Positions 12,693 to 26,190 of a stretch of 64,000 nucleotides of DNA are shown piece after piece. The notes beneath the pieces are model-generated. The model was not told where the DNA came from, did not search any database, and was given only the letters and a program-made list of their open reading frames with translations. Made by a program: the position numbers and the translations under genes. This DNA comes from Azolla caroliniana (taxonomy: Eukaryota > Plantae > Polypodiophyta), in assembly GCA_043228905.1 (NCBI GenBank), contig JBHGNT010000001.1, positions 34,038,001-34,102,000 on the forward strand, given 5' to 3'. How positions within the stretch are numbered: position 1 is the first letter of the stretch; each line of letters opens with the position of its first letter.

Positions 12693-15600
12693 TCAATCGA
12701 AAGCATGGCCTTCACAATCATCAAGTTTGATTGCAACCTTCTCATGGGTGAATTCTGTAATCATCTTCACAAAGAAATGCAACCTCCAAAGTGTGCTTGA
12801 GTTCTGCCATTGTATCCAAAACTAAATATGAAATCACATAAATCTAAAACTTTACTGTGTCAATGTCTTTTGTGGTCATGCATGCCTATGCAGAGATGCC
12901 TACTGAGGCCTACAGCAACATGTAATTTTGCAGTTAATGACCATCTCAGCATGCATACGCAATACAACTACAGCCTGGTCAAAAAAAAATACCAGAGCTT
13001 CAAGGTTGATTTGGATGTTCTCTGTTGTGCTGTCAACGGCATTCCCCAAAGACAAGATTTCCATCACCCTGCTCAAACTTGAAGAAGGCAATTTGCACAT
13101 TCTTTGGTATAATTCCCTTTTCTCTTCAGCTTTCATTGGGCTACAAAAATCTAATCAGTTAATGTTCTCACTTCTAAAAGCTAAAGAAAATGATACATAA
13201 AGCCTTAGTTTATAAGTTAATACCTGCATTTTGATAATACTTGCATAAGAAAAGATTCGATCATCTTTTCCACATCAGTAAGCTGAAGAAAGCAAGAGAA
13301 AATATTTTTCAACAATAGATTGACAAAAACCCATGTTTTATAATAAAATTCATAGATCGACATTAATTAAGTTGATGATTTAATATTGATATTTACAAAT
13401 GTGGCAACTTAGTTTAACCAAACAAATTATGAATAGGGTGCAAGTCTCAAGCAGATGACACTCGAAAAGATGCTTAGCATTTTCACGAGGGAATCACCCC
13501 ACATATACATCTGACAAATCCAGATGCCTGAAAGCTAGAATGTGACTCTACAAGGGCAGCACCATGTTTTTATGGATCAAATCTCAAAAATATGTTTGAG
13601 AGGTGATAAACTACTGGTAACAAACTAATCATAATGAAGGATTGGACAGCTTGTGACAACTAAATAGGACAATGAAATGCAGAAGACAGCAACATACCTT
13701 CATGATAACATCATCACCAAGTTGACTAGCTGCCTGTTCTTCTTGAGCGTGCAATTCGGTAATGTTTAAGCAGAGCTTCTCTTGCTGATCAAATTTCTCT
13801 TCCTACTACCAGGATTTTCATTCAGCCATTAAATTTTCTTCAGTTTTCTTTGAAAATAAGATAAGGAACATACACATTCAAATGATTTCTTTAATTATTA
13901 TTTTGGGTGGATGGGAAATCAATTATTTTACCTCTTCCATTAGGCGTCGTTCAATATTGACGTTCCACTTCTTTTCAAATTTTTGGGACAATGTATTTGC
14001 CATTTTATAGACATCACTTGATGAATCATTATATAACATTGCATTACGAAAAACAAGCCGCACATCTTCACAAAATTCTCGAGCATATCGATATCCTGTA
14101 CTGTCATTTGTTGCAAGTCTTTTCTTTATTGTTCCCAAATCCATTGGCTTTCGGATGACCTGTTTACAAATTAGACAGAATATCTGACATAAGATTTGCA
14201 TAGTATTTTGATGTTGAAATTATACGAAGAGTGAGACTTAGTACTTTATAATAGTCCTTCAATTTTAAGCATTCCACATCCACAGGTTGCAAAAATGGCC
14301 ATGCCCATTTGTGTTGCATGAGCTGAAACATACAAAAAAGTTTTAGCATTCATAATGAGAAATTTAAGTCTATGGGCATGCAACTGAAGACCACTTGGTT
14401 ATTTTGGCACATGTATGATCAATAAAACAAATAACACATTAGCCCTAACAATGATTGATAGAGAGAAATGAAAAAATATCCCAGTAATGGGGATTGTGTG
14501 GATGATCGATATCAGTTTTGGGTTATATGTAGTGCCTTACAATGCTATTATGCACAGCATTTATACAAAATAATACTCTTGATTACATACTTGTCGCAGC
14601 AGATTGCCACATAATCTGAGGATGTTTGACCTTTTCTTCCGTTTTATAGCTTCTGTTCGTGCTGCCTCGTATAGCCTCAGCTTCTTATTTCCTAAATTCT
14701 CTGTTTCATGGCCCTTTGGAGGTTGATATCCTTGTGATCTTTCCCTTTTAAGAAGTGAGCGTATCCGTGTAACTCGCAAAACTTCACATTGCAACTGTTA
14801 CCTAGCCATAAAACATTTGTTAAATGACTAAAACCTAAGCCCTCATCTTAAAACTTGAGAGTTCCAGTGTTTATCATTTTGTTAATCAATGATAATTCAA
14901 TCAACTCTAGATTCCGAAATTTGATATAAAATAAACAATATTTAAAATCTGAAGCTTTGACTACTTGAGATTGGTTACTTTAACAAGGGCTCAATCAAAA
15001 TTCTTCTAAAAATATCCTGAAGCAGTAAAAAAGAAACCCATAGATATTCTGATCCTAGCTGTTATTTTACTCTGGCAGACTTACATGTTATAAGAAGTTA
15101 GAGTGGAAGCAGGAATGGGACAACACATAAAAGATAATGAGCTTCATAATAAACCAGGAGGCAAGAATACAAGGCTGGCTATGAGCAATATGTTGCAAAG
15201 AGGTGAGACATACGACTGACAGACAGACCCTGAGGCAATTTCGTATTTTACCTAAATGAAAGGATTTACTACCTCACTAAAGTGTTTCTAGCCCATTGCA
15301 CAACTATTCATATGTGTCATATTCACAGCTCTACTACCTAGAACCACATTAAGCACACTTGAGTCAGCCCCTCCTAATTGTCTTTGCCTCTAGATACTGT
15401 ATGTAAAAGCATTGACTTGTGCAACCATGCCCAGTATCATCCCAGGACAGTGATAGATGAGAAACATTCTATACAACATGTTTATTAACTTCTGAGTTGA
15501 GCCCAGCGATATCAGATTCACTTTACAAGGGAAAATGATCCTGGTATCACTAAATGCAACCTGAGAACTGTACATAGATGATGTGAATCCAGATATATGG

Positions 15601-16870
15601 TTCTAGAATATGCCAAATATTCTAGATAGTTTTAATAATCCTATCCTACATAGATGATGTAAATCAATAGTCCTATATAGATGAGGTAAATCCATGGATA
15701 GATACTGCAACCTTCCAGAGTCTCACCTTCTAAGATAGTCTAAAGCTTGTAAGACAGTTCTAACATATGAAGACTGAATCAACATGTTGTGTATACAGAA
15801 GAGAAATGATCAGTCACTCATGCGACCATGCTCAGAATGAGGATTGATACAAAGAAAACTTTTTAAAGTGCTATTTTTTCTATTGGCATGTGAAAAGCTT
15901 GGTGTACATAGAGAAGACAATCAATCAATCAATCACTTAAGAACCATGCCTCAAGTGATGGTTGATAAAAAGAAAAACATTTTAAAAAACTAACAATATA
16001 TACCAAGATTGTATCCACAATAAAAGTATGTGGTCTTGTATTAACCATTCTAAAATACTAACAGGCCAAGTTTATATACACCATTAGAGTAAATAAACAT
16101 GCCATAAAAGAGATCAATACAATCATCATGTAACCATGCTTCGATGATGTTTGATAGTAAAAAAACTTTCTAAATGGAACACTTTTGTCTTTCTTTGTTA
16201 AATCTTGTAAACAACTTGAACGATACAAGATTTTAATCACCATTAACATAAAAATCGTGTCCATACAAGAAAGGATGGTCAGGCACCCATTCTATCATTA
16301 CCATGCCTGCATTGATGAGTTTCCTTTGTAAACTAGAAGAAATAATCACCTCACTCGTGCAACTATGCCTTGGAAAAACACATTTTAAATCAATTCTCTT
16401 TATTTTGCTTATTTTAATGATGAAACCACATTCTAGATAGTTTTGTTGGCTATTTTTATTTTTAATGATAAAAGCGCATGCTAAATTGTTCAACTAGTTA
16501 TTTTTCTTTTTTAATTTTAAAAGCACTTTTTTTTTTCTTTTTAACTAAACTCGGTAGCTATCCACACCTGATCCACTTTAGAGGTGATACCATGAACTGA
16601 TTGTTGCAACTTTTCAGCAATGACATGATTAACCGAATTCCCATGCTTTGTTGGAGGCAGAGATGGTAACACTGATGATGATAGCAAGTCTACCCTTTCT
16701 TCTTCTTCTTCTTCTTCTTCTTCTTCTTCTTCTTCTTCTTCTTCTTCTTCTTTATATGTCTTCACATGTAGAGAAGTTGTTAGATCCTTAGAGTTTCTAT
16801 CCTTGAAGTGTTCAGTTTCTTCTTGAACGGGGTTTAGGGCGAGATCGTCATGAAGCTGTGGATCCACCAT
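12693..16870 (-). CDS. Bromodomain + extra-terminal (ET) protein, GTE1/GTE6-like, 8 exons, ~411 aa
   Basis: Exons 16870-16568, 14794-14591, 14322-14245, 14159-13932, 13802-13698, 13282-13224, 13140-12993, 12803-12693 (1236 nt, in frame). Bromodomain: HKWAWPFLQPVD...DYYKVIRKPMDLGTIKKRL...DVRLVFRNAMLYN. ET domain: PMKAEEKRELYQRMCKLPSSSLSRVMEIL...IQINLEALNSSTLWRLHFFVK. Confidence 0.88.
16697..16752 (-). repeat. Coding (GAA)n microsatellite giving a ~18-residue poly-Glu tract in the GTE N-terminus
   Basis: Pure ttc run on the + strand inside ORF 16541-16870. Confidence 0.9.
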
Positions 16871-17075
16871 AGCTAGGAGCCCTGCTTCCTTGATGATGAT
16901 GATGATGATGATGGTGATGATGATGGTGACACCTTGCCCTAATAGAAACAGAGGACAACAGGCACAACAACTATATAGACCCTCCTTCCTAGGCCTACTA
17001 ATAACAAAAACAACAACTCTTCTTTCCCAACTTTTTCAACACTTTTCTAACCATTTATGTTTGTTACTTTACTAA

Positions 17076-17118
<43 letters not shown>

Positions 17119-17849
17119 GCCCAATCACGTGTGTGTTTGGAGTCATCTCTCGGGCACTCATGCTCCATCGCGTCTTGTGTGCCCATCGACGGAAAATCTC
17201 GCCCTTTGGGCTAGTCCTCGCCATCTTATGTCTTCGTATAATATTCTCTTGTCTTCCCCAGTCCTAGGCTACAAGTGTATTGCCTTCCACACACATCAGT
17301 CGAAACATAGTGTATGCCCAACTTGTGTTGTAGATTGTGTTTCTCATACTTTTTCCCTTGTAAATCTTGCATTCATGTATATCTCCTTTTGCTTTTGTCT
17401 GTGATCAAACGAATATGTTTGGGTCGTTTAAGTGTGAACACAATCTGTGTGCACATGATGGCTTGAAATTTCAATGTGTTTTCGTCTTTTCTATCCAAAG
17501 GGACAACTTTTGTTAATACTATGTTCATGTATGTGCACCCACACACTCGATCGTCTAGCACAATAGTATCACTTATGATGGTATTACCTATTTCACAAGT
17601 CCTAGTATGCAATGGTGTCTGTATGATTCTCTACCTTGCATGGAAAATATATGTTTGAGCAATTTGGGGCATGTGTGTGCATAATCCATGACTTATGTTA
17701 ATGTCGCATTCCATGTACAATCATGTAGGCGGATGTGTTGAATGAATAATCGTCATTTAAATCAAAATCTCTTCATGGACAAGAGATTTGGCCATGAAAG
17801 TGTGATAGAATTGTGTTGTTTCTCTAGGTTGTAATACTACGGAAATTAA

Positions 17850-19750
17850 ACATCTCTTGTAATCTCATGAGTTCAACTAGAGAAAACTTGCCCTCCTAAA
17901 GTTGTTAGGTGGCCTAAATTCCAACAGAAACCTTTGAACCTCGAAGCACTCTTCTCTATCTAATGATACCTCTTCCATATGAAGGTGAGCAATTTGGACA
18001 AACATTAGAACCTATATCAAATACTAACGAGGTTGTGCCCACTAGTAGAACATTCAATGATTCTTTGGACATTACCAAAGACATAAAGGTTTTTTATTTG
18101 AGCCAACACTTGACAAACACACGGGATGATGTTGGGGATGACCTCTAAAAGGTGACCGATCAAAAGTCGATCATTGTTTTGTGAGAAGTGGAGCATCTCT
18201 TGAGTATCTGTTTTTTAACAGTGAAACTCCATATATGACTCATTATCAAATATGAGGAATTCAATATGAGCTCTAGATGGGTTGATGCACTAAGTGATAG
18301 CCTAACACAAGCCAACATGGAGAATGTCAAAGATTCCTAGTACTTCAATTGTACCACCACATCATCACTTGTCACCTTACCTTACTCCGTCCCATTTGAT
18401 GGTATAGTTGAACCACACAAAGTCAAAGAACCAAAGAAGCAAGTTGGTACAAGTCGCTTACACTCCCTTGTTGAGATCTTCTCTTATCATTCTTTGATTC
18501 ACTTCCTTCATTCTTGACTCATCATTGTTTGTTCCTTCACTCCTATTGTGATTCTACTTTTAGCATTTGTTGCTTCACTTCTTCTATCACAACTTGCTAT
18601 TTCTTGGTTTCTTCTTGATTCTTTCTTGACTTCTCATTTCTATTGCAAATTTCGTCTATCATTTGTACATTCTTGCTTTCTTCTTAGCAATTTCACTCTT
18701 CATTACTATACTCCTTTTTGTGTTGGTGTCGTTTAACAAGTGTGAAATGGCCAAATTGTCATTTTCCTAAAATAAGAAAAGTAAATATACTTAATGAGAT
18801 TGTAGGACTAAATTAGCATGATAATGCTTGTCAAATAGGCCACCAATGAATAAGTTAGTATTTCTTAATGGTGGTATAGCAACTCACCATGCAACATGTA
18901 GAAGCTGCTTTAATGACACGTTGTAGGAGGGCAATGCAAAACATGAAAGAAAAATGTGATAAACATAAGTAACTACTTGATTCCTCGTCTCCTTGAATGG
19001 TTGACTAAGCCCTTGATGTTTCATGTATATTTTGTTCATAACAATTTATTTTTTGTTTGCCACACTAAGCCCGTGATGATCACTCAGTCTTCCCCCCACA
19101 ATTGTGCCTTGGTCCATGCAATGCATGCATATTGCTACTGTTTGTAAGAGGTTGGAACAAGGTAATTTGAGATAGGCCATTTCTCACCACATCATTACTA
19201 TTCTCTTGAGTGTAGCTAGTAATTGGTCACCATGCATTTTGTTTGGTCCAATCTCTCTCATCACCTTTTGATAGCCTATTAACCATCAAAGCTTTGATTT
19301 GCTCTTTGTTGTTGTTTACATTCCTCGCACATGTCATTCAAGACTCTCAACTAAAGGCTATATTGTTCTTCTTTCTGAGACAATCTAGGACAATGTGTTC
19401 CCAAACACCCCACAAAGAAGTGGACTTTCATCAAAGACAAGTGAAGGGATTAACTCTTGAGCATGTTCATTGACTGAAATCGAGGGTTTGTTTAATACTG
19501 AGGTGCTTATGCGCTCATAACATTTTCTACTAGAATTATGATTTTAATATTCAAGTATAGGCGAGCATTCACTTGCCATATGCAAGTTTTGGCAATTAAA
19601 GCCTTGTATATCCAACCTCCTAAGAGGCCCCCATAGGTGGGCCCTAGTTTCTCAATGTTCACTTTGCAATACAAACTTGGGAAAGATTAGTATCTCCCTA
19701 ATAAACTTAGGATTGTTTTCTTTTTCCAATTTGGAAGATGATGGGGTTGA
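17850..19750 (-). mobile_element. Possible heavily decayed retroelement (gag-like) relic
   Basis: Minus strand near 19385-19425 reads LLCGVFG(N)/HIVLDC across a frameshift, resembling a broken CX2CX4HX4C knuckle. Purine-rich, charged, stop-interrupted coding-like sequence lies at 18480-18720. No RT/integrase motif or LTR recognised. Confidence 0.25.
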
Positions 19751-20244
19751 TGTGCTATCATTTGATACAATGTTCTTGGACACTTTTCCATGAACCAACC
19801 CTTATATATTATAGCTAGATTAGTCCTTTATCAAGTGGTTGAGACTTTTAGAAATATATGCCTCCCCAACCAATAGACATTGTAGAGATCTTTCACATGA
19901 ATGACCAAAATAACATAACTTCATTCTAAGATTGACAAACATTGTTACAAGACACTAGTAATTTAAGAATACACCGGAATCACAATTCACCTTGATCCCA
20001 AGTTTTACCCTAGAATGTTTTATCATCGAATTATGAAATCCAACACTTCATAAGATTTGGACAATGAATCGTGTTGGGATCATCAAAACTTATTGCTTAT
20101 TTCCTTGAAATTTCTATGTACATGTCGTCGTCTTGCTGAAATACACGTTCAAAGAAGAGGTGATGGACTAGAAAAGAATGTCATCGAGTTGTGCATATAT
20201 ATGTTTTGTTCGTGCAGTCGGGAATAACGAAGATTCTTCCTCCA

Positions 20245-20589
20245 TTAGTGGGTTACTCTGCAAACAACATTAAGTAAGCTTTCAGAAATTAACCACAAAG
20301 ACTTGATAACCCTTGAAGCATATTAAACAATGGACCCCATACTACAGTTGATTTTGTTTTTCAATTTCCAACAAATCAAATTATTTATTTATATGGGCTT
20401 TACAGAAACAATAACTCCTGTATTTGCCAAAACACAAAATTTTTACAAGAGGAGATTACCCTTTAGACCAACCGCCAGCATTTGAAGAGCCGTACGGACC
20501 ACGAATACTTGGTAAACATTTATCGAGGTCAACCTGAGTACTCGGAGAAGGATTAGCTCCCTGAGATGGCTCACCCGGTTGCTGTATAC

Positions 20590-20622
<33 letters not shown>

Positions 20623-22186
20623 CATATGAGGAAATAATGAATGGTATTCATGAATACTCCTTGTATATTAGTGATAAGACTACTTATCCCTACTAGCTTT
20701 CACAACTCCTTTGGCCTCTAATATTGAGATTTTGTTATCATATAAAAACTACAGTAGTTGTGACTTTTTTATATGGCCCCAATATGCCATTTCTTTTCCC
20801 ATATTAGGGAAGTACCAAGTTTTCTTTACTAACCCATGAATAAACCCGGTTGAAATCTCACTGTATGCTGCTCTATTTTAACTATATGCCATTGCTGAGG
20901 AATGCTGGGAGGGGCTGACCTTCTGGTCTCACCCAGACAACCTCACCAAATGTGCCACAACCATCTAGGCAACTGCTCATATTCACCCTCATTCGATCAA
21001 AGAGACTTGTGTTTAGTATTGGCGTACCGTGAAGGACAGAGACAACTTGACCTCGCCTTTGTATTTTCCGTTTGGAAGCTCGACAGGATATGGTTTCATT
21101 TCTGAACTGCCACACCGCAATACCTCATCTAAAGGAACCCTGATTTATTTAAACAAGAAAAGAACAAATTAATCGTATTAACAAAGGTGAATAAAACGCG
21201 CATATCAGAACCACCAATGAATCATATTCACAAGTGAAACAACAAATTATTCTCCATAACAAAAATGGATCACAATTAAAGAATCGATCATAATTGCACG
21301 TGAGTCAAGATCACGAACAAATCGTAATAACAAATGGATCACATTAATAGCAAAAGAATCAAGAGAAAAAGACAAACGTGACTAGGCCGAGCTCGTCATC
21401 ACGCGTCAAAAAATCTTCATCCATGACTTTGAGATATAAACTTGTGGTGACTTCCTGCAGCTGAAATGTAAAGTTTTGGTTCCAAGTAGGGTTGCTTCCT
21501 TGATCTGTCCAAAAAAGAGAAATATAAGGTTTTTTTTTTTTTTTAAAACCCACAGCCATCCATGATAGACTTGTAGCGATAATCCAAAAAGATATCCCAC
21601 GTACCAATAAAAGAAAGAAAGAAAAAGTTGATTTTGTAAGTAAATAAATTAATTCCTAGTTATACATTCTTGAGCTTCAGGTATAAGTTATAACCATATC
21701 CATGAAGTCCTCGCTTAGATGAATGGACAAAAAAACAATCATCACTGGAAGTATGGAAAATAAATAATAAACACACACATCCACCCACACAAAATGCACG
21801 AATAGGCACGCTCTACCTTTAGGATTTCATATTGCAAAGAAGACACAGAATGCTATTGAAAGAAAGCATGAGAGATCAGATTAGTGATAGAGAGAGAGAG
21901 AGAGAGAGAGAAAGGAAGGGAGGGATATATATTACTTTTGGCCACGCTGCTTTTCTTCTCAACGGTTCCACATTTGATTAACACGTAGGGGTCTGACTTG
22001 GCTGCAGAGATTTGAAGAAATTAGGGGTTTCAAACAAAAAGAAAACTAGAGAGAGATGGCAATAATGGAGAAGAAGAAGAAGAAGAAGAGCAGATGATAT
22101 ATATATATATATAACTCACAGAAGAAATCTCCAGCCTTAAGGCCACGGGCACTTTGAAGGTTAACCTCGAGGATCCCAGAAGGCAT
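20245..22186 (-). CDS. Single C2-domain (Ca2+/lipid-binding, elicitor-responsive/CaLB-type) protein
   Basis: Exons 22186-22120, 22001-21936, 21504-21378, 21139-21028 give MPSGILEVNLQSARGLKAGDFFSKSDPYVLIKCG...NQGSNPTWNQNFTF...LKVMDEDFLTRDDELGLVTVPL...GEVKLSLSFT. It either stops at 21013 (128 aa) or splices to 20581-20460 and 20257-20245 (168 aa). Confidence 0.85.
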
Positions 22187-24724
22187 GGTTCAATCTGTCT
22201 GTCTCTCTCTCTCTCTCTGTTGGTGCTGCTTCGTTTCTTTGGCGATGATCTGACAGTCTATGGAGATCTCGAGGGGCAGGGCAGGAACAGAGTATGTGTT
22301 ATGTCCGAGTCAACAATACTCATACAATAAGACTCTGTGTGTGGATTACTTACCTTTTAAGGCTTTATACATCACATTTACATTCTACTCCTTTTTATAG
22401 AGTTTTTTTTTTGGGGGGGGGGGGGTTAAGAAGGTGGAGCACACTTCTACACAAACTCAACCCCCATTCATTTATTGTGTGTCTCAGACACACAAACAAA
22501 CACTCGTTGACCGACCCACAGTTGGCCGGCCCCAAAGACTTCTCCTCGCACTTGGAAGGGGAGGACGAATTGGGCCTACCCACTTGCCCCATCACATCGA
22601 CAAACCACTTTCCCCCTTCAAAAAAACTATCCCCCCCCCCAGTACATAATTGCATCACATGGTGGATGACATTCGAACACGCCGGATCTCTCAACTATCC
22701 TTACGGATCCTCTATGCTCCCTCTTTCTCTCTCTTTTTTCTATATGCAAAAACCCCCTCGGTAGCTGCTGACCGATGATGACTGATTGATGCACCTGTGT
22801 AAGCTTTTCGAGCAACCCATTTCGCATCGAACCCTCTGAATGTGCATGTGCGCACTTTTGAATAGGCAAAGTCTTCGGTCACGCCTTTTGGTATCTTGCC
22901 CCTTCTTTTTTATTAGATGTAATTCCTATTCATGCTTGTTGACATTATTATAGCTCTGCGAGAGTCAAGCGCCTAAGTTTGTTTTGGTCTTCATTATTGC
23001 TTGTAGAGATCGTTTTCGTTGATCATGCCCCACATTTTTAGTCAATTTGCTAATTGTCCTAATATTCGACCACGTCAACTACATATATGTATGTGAAGCC
23101 ATCCACAAAAACATTAAGTCTCGATTTTCAAACAAATTATTTAAAGTGAGAACCTACCTAGACCACACATAATAGCTTTCATGATTCATAAAAGGTAGTT
23201 CCTTTTAAAAGTGAAGATAATGATCATCAATTTACAACTACAAGGGACTGGGTCAGTTTGACAAGGATCAAGTTATCTTCTCTCTTGATTTAATGGTGGA
23301 GTTTGACTTAGATCTTAGTTGTCCCTCTTAACCATTGATCAATCACTTATTTCTCCTCGTTATATGTTTTGTACCCCCTTTCTCTCTCTATTTAATCACA
23401 AAAATATTTCCTCTTTGTCTCTAAATCCATCACCTAACCTCTCTTTACTTCACCATCCCCACTCTAAAACCATACAAAAATCTTCCGCAATTGAGCATCA
23501 TTAATTTGATTTTTCACTTGTTTTATTGGAGAATGTGACACAACCGGTGTATTGGAGGAAATGCTTTCCTTTATGATCATCATGGTATAACAAATCACTT
23601 TCACAATTTAAAAGGCCTATGTTTGTGGCGATTTACAAATTTGCATATTGTTTATACTCTACAATATGATCACCGTAGAAGAATAACATAACAACTTACT
23701 TCTTGTGTCAATTGATCTTAGGAGTTATTCCCAACCTCATTTCTTACTTAGTGAAGTGCTCTCTTCAAGTTGAGGTCATTAGATCTGGTCATGCCTATTG
23801 TTGCCAGTATGGATTTGTAGAGTGTCAAACCATGTTTAAACTAACTAGGTTTTAATGATTATCACTAACCCTATAACAACATTTACACCCACAAAAATTT
23901 GGGACACATTCACTTTACTAGGTGACTTTATCACACACTTCATTTCATTAACCAGTTGGAAGATAATGAAGTTTATAATGATGACATGTTTGTATTACCT
24001 ATCATACTTGTGCTTGGATGGGAGTTCTCTTCATTAGGGATCAATCTAAGCACATGGTGGTGCTTAGATTTTGTCATCTTGCATCTTTTGCCCTTACTGG
24101 CGAAGTCTTTGTGGATTCTAAGTCAACCTGCGTGGTGCCTTGGTTGATGATCTTCCAAATAGTGATTTTTTCAATGTAATGAAGGGTTGTCTTTGACCTG
24201 TTATGGTCTAGGAGGTGTCCGTGGCATCAACTTATCTCTTGATCTACAATTCGTATATCTCATATTTATTTTTTTCATTTTAGCTCATGAATACTGTTGT
24301 GCCTATTTAGGGGAACTTGTATTATTTAATACTTTTTAGAATAGGTGAACCAATGCTTTGGTCTATGCTCGAGTGTAGTTTTCCTCCTATTTCATTTAGG
24401 AGTCAACAACCTCTGTATACTTTACTTGGTGGTAATGGTGATTATTGGATCGAAAGATAATTGTGAAACTCATTCACATTGAGTGCTTGTCATCCCACTA
24501 TGAAGTAGTTCTTCATTGCCTTTGAGAAGTATTTGTGGTGTAGGATATTGCTCAATGCCACTCTTGCTCGTGCAATTGCATTACTAGGGGTTGTTGGTCA
24601 CTACCTTTGATGTGTTAGCAAATAGATAAAATTCTTGATTCCACCACAGTCAACAAGTGTTGTTTGTGATTCTCTGCCATAATTAATGTAGGTTTTGACT
24701 CCATATGTGATCCTGACTCCACCC

Positions 24725-25021
24725 CATTGTTGTGTAATAATGAGCAACTAATACATATGTTAAGTATTTTAAAAACCATCTACTTTTTCTCCAATTATTT
24801 TTAATATGCATTACAAAGATAGAATACATTTTATACTTCGTAATGTTTGTATTAAAATTTAACAATTGTTTTTTGGTCAAATTATTATTTATTGTTAGGA
24901 AACGTAAAATACTTAGAATACATTAAAAAATGACACTTCTAAAATGTAGAATACATGTTAAATACTTCATAGTATTGTGGAACACATTTTGTACGTAAAA
25001 TATGTGCTTTTAACAACGATG
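24725..25021. mobile_element. Non-autonomous hAT-like MITE (~297 bp), same family as 62523-62848
   Basis: Ends CATTGTTG...CAACGATG. Flanks CTCCACCC / ATCCACCT (6/8 match, degraded 8-bp TSD). The interior (aaatacttagaatacatt...tctaaaatgtagaata...aatactt...agtatt) resembles the reverse complement of 62230-62350. Confidence 0.6.
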
Positions 25022-25915
25022 ATCCACCTAGATGTTGATTATTCCAATCGTTGTACTCTTCAAAAACAGAATAATTAACATAATAACATAAATAAACCTT
25101 TATGCGTTACCTAAGGACTTTTGGGTTCATCCATGTCAAACTAGAGGGTGAAATTTCAGAATGGTAATTATGATATTACATGGAGGTTGTATAGAACAAT
25201 AACTCGGGCCTGGGTCTCCTAACTAATGGGAACGTAGCTCCTTTTTTGGTAAAAACAAATAACTTGGGCCTTGGTGAATGGGTTTGGCTTCTTTATTGGT
25301 ATTTCACTTTCATTTTCTTTTTACAAATTAGCATTATAATTGACCAGTTCAGTTATTTGCGTAATGCACATACTTTTCCGCCATTTATTGAGTTGATTAA
25401 ACAATATATATGTTTTGGTTTAAGTTCATGTTTAATGCTTGCTACTTCTTCACAAACACCAACTTCTTTTGTGAAAAATCAATTCTATGATTTATAAATG
25501 TTTATAACTTCCTCCCTTGTGTTTGACGGCGACATCTACTCCTTTGTTTCATTTATTATTATGTGTGCTTCTAGATACTCCATGGAAGGTCGACTTCTTT
25601 TGGGATATTGACTCAATAACTTTCAATGAAACACGAAATTCAGTGATCACAAATGTAAAATAATATAGTCATACTTATACTTCTCCTTTTTTATCATTAT
25701 CATTAGAAACAAGGAAGTTTCACATTAGTTAAAATAAAAGGCGACAAGACCTATTGTTGGTACATATATTGTCATTCTCAATTGCTTACTCGTCATTAGA
25801 GATTGGTTAGTACTTCTTACATAGTTTATTGCTTTTTTATCATTGTATAATCATCCCCCTCTTTGCAAATACATTATCTTTTCTAAAGCTTACGTATGAT
25901 AAACCTCTCTCTTTT

Positions 25916-26190
25916 GTCTTGTACAACATGCATGGTGGATTTTATCTACACTTTGTATACATTTTATTCTTGATAGAATTACACTTAAGTTTGTTATGTT
26001 TTTCAACGCATGTAACCAAGAAAATCCTAATCCATTACCACCAATTTGCTTCGGTCTTGTACAACATGCATGATGGATTTTATTTACACTTTGTATACAT
26101 TTTATTCTTGATAGAACTACACTTAAGTTTGTTATGTTTTCCGACACATGTAACCAAGAAAATCCTAATCCGTTACCACCAGTTTGGTTC
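25916..26190. repeat. 138-bp two-copy tandem duplication
   Basis: gtcttgtacaacatgcat...ccattaccaccaatttg begins at 25916 and again at 26054, with a handful of substitutions. Confidence 0.92.
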
